Program-made: the position numbers and the translations under genes
Notes under the pieces: generated by a model
The model's database searches: none
What the model saw: only the letters and a program-made list of their open reading frames with translations
What the model was told of the DNA's origin: nothing
Shown here: positions 24,820 through 25,766 of the stretch, one piece after another
Numbering within the stretch: the stretch's first letter is position 1
How the letters are laid out: every line of letters starts with the position of its first letter
Source: a virus
Taxonomy: Duplodnaviria > Caudoviricetes
DNA length: 25,766 bases
Reading direction: 5' to 3' (one strand)
Virus record (IMG/VR): IMGVR_UViG_3300031963_000841
Coordinates: 1-25,766 of that record

Positions 24820-24980
24820 TGTGGATAAAGCTGTTGATAACTGTGTGGATAACTACCTGGCATGATTCTTGGTTATATAGAATATAGTTCTGTTCTACAT
24901 TAGTACTACTACATTATTAGTTCCTTAATACTACTGTCGTAGTATTATCGACAATGGTTATATTTCTTAAAAAATATGTA
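24820..24980. other. Putative replication origin: three DnaA boxes plus AT-rich region
   Basis: TGTGGATAA (24820-28), TGTTGATAA (24832-40), TGTGGATAA (24844-52), i.e. reverse-complement TTATCCACA boxes; then AT-rich DNA with an inverted repeat at 24926-47. Confidence 0.65.
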
Positions 24981-25018
24981 TATGGGAAAACCCGATTTGC
25001 TTAAAAATTAAGCAGGGG

Positions 25019-25216
25019 TTATTTTCCGAATTGGGGTTTCTTGGGTTTTGGGGTTTTGAATCCCATAGCTTTGAACCGTTCTCTGATGTCGGTTCCTGGC
25101 GGTGTCCATTTGAATTTGGAATCCAAAATGGTCAACGGTTCTGATGACTCGCTCTTAGGTGCGGATACGCGCGCGGGAGAATTTTTGACTATCGACAGTT
25201 TTTGCTTGGGTTGCAT
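25019..25216 (-). CDS. Small basic hypothetical protein
   Basis: AGGAGG RBS; 65 aa; SKFKWTPPGTDIRERF core and Lys/Pro-rich tail. Confidence 0.7.
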   Translation of the reverse strand: MQPKQKLSIVKNSPARVSAPKSESSEPLTILDSKFKWTPPGTDIRERFKAMGFKTPKPKKPQFGK

Positions 25217-25277
25217 ACAGTCCTCCTGATGACAATGCCTCTAGGACGCGATTAGAGCCTCATAGCGGCGAGAAAAC

Positions 25278-25331
25278 GAAAAAGGGTAAGTCAGGATATC
25301 ACTTACCCTTAAAAACGGCTTAAAACGGCTT
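25278..25331 (-). terminator. Repeated hairpin element, copy 1 (terminator-like)
   Basis: 10-bp stem AAGGGTAAGT/ACTTACCCTT (25282-25310), followed by a T-run on the - strand; two CTTAAAA(A)CGGCTT motifs adjacent. Confidence 0.6.
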
Positions 25332-25501
25332 TATTTGCAATTGACTGAAAACGGAACCATAACGATATCGCGGTGGCCTGTCAGGGTTAGCCTGGCAATG
25401 AGTTTGATACAGCGCCACCGTGGTCTTAGCTTTTGGCCTAATGGCGTGCTATAGGCAACCGGAGTTTTGTATTCCCGAATCTGGTAGAAAATTTTCTGCA
25501 T
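25331..25501 (-). CDS. Hypothetical protein, 56 aa (not in ORF track)
   Basis: Manual translation MQKIFYQIREYKTPVAYSTPLGQKLRPRWRCIKLIARLTLTGHRDIVMVPFSVNCK; AAGGGG RBS. Confidence 0.7.
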   Translation of the reverse strand: MQKIFYQIREYKTPVAYSTPLGQKLRPRWRCIKLIARLTLTGHRDIVMVPFSVNCK

Positions 25502-25532
25502 TGTCTAATCCCCTTAAAACGGCTTACAGGCC

Positions 25533-25592
25533 GAAAAAATAGGGTTACCGATAGTCTGATAACCCTTGATAGAAAAACGTCTTAAAACGCTT
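25533..25592 (-). terminator. Repeated hairpin element, copy 2 (terminator-like)
   Basis: Stem AGGGTTA/TAACCCT (25541-25566), followed by ATTTTTT on the - strand; degenerate AAAACG(G/T)CTT motifs adjacent. Confidence 0.55.
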
Positions 25593-25755
25593 CGATTCGA
25601 TAATCGGAAGGTTCATAGTCCATATTTTCTGACTCCATATCTTCGAAATGCTCCGCTAGTTCTTTTGCGGCTTCAGCGGCAGAATTGAAAATATGGGGTG
25701 AACCGTTAATAGTCCAGACATTTTCGCCCATGAATAACACTTGATAATTTTGCAT
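25582..25755 (-). CDS. Small acidic hypothetical protein, 57 aa (not in ORF track)
   Basis: Manual translation MQNYQVLFMGENVWTINGSPHIFNSAAEAAKELAEHFEDMESENMDYEPSDYRIEAF; GGA upstream at the window edge. Confidence 0.7.
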   Translation of the reverse strand: MQNYQVLFMGENVWTINGSPHIFNSAAEAAKELAEHFEDMESENMDYEPSDYRIEAF

Positions 25756-25766
25756 ATCTAATATCC

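Noticed and set aside
25278-25592. Possible CRISPR array
   Set aside because: Repeats are degenerate, irregularly spaced and separated by a whole ORF; no cas genes.
1-25766. Stop-codon reassignment, tRNA genes, integrase/att site
   Set aside because: Genes tile densely under the standard bacterial code; no cloverleaf or integrase was recognised by eye.

Overview
This window is part of a tailed dsDNA phage genome (podovirus-like gene set; the host looks proteobacterial, which is inference). There are two convergent arms. The + strand (1-19015) runs from the 3' end of the major capsid gene through head/neck proteins, a tail-nozzle protein, tail fibre and chaperone, four large putative DNA-ejection proteins, a holin and M15 endolysin, a SAM methyltransferase and several tiny Lys/Arg-rich proteins. 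The - strand (19064-25755) carries an HTH protein, a GT-A glycosyltransferase-like protein, an HNH endonuclease, a recombination module (YqaJ exonuclease, RecT-like protein, SSB-like protein, PD-(D/E)XK nuclease) and small early-type genes. The most striking non-coding signals are an oriC-like region with three co-oriented DnaA boxes at exact 12-bp spacing beside AT-rich DNA (24820-24980), and a repeated hairpin plus CTTAAAACGGCTT element that separates small early genes (25278-25592). Five short ORFs below the ORF-track cutoff were read by hand. All family assignments come from motif recognition by eye; no searches were run.
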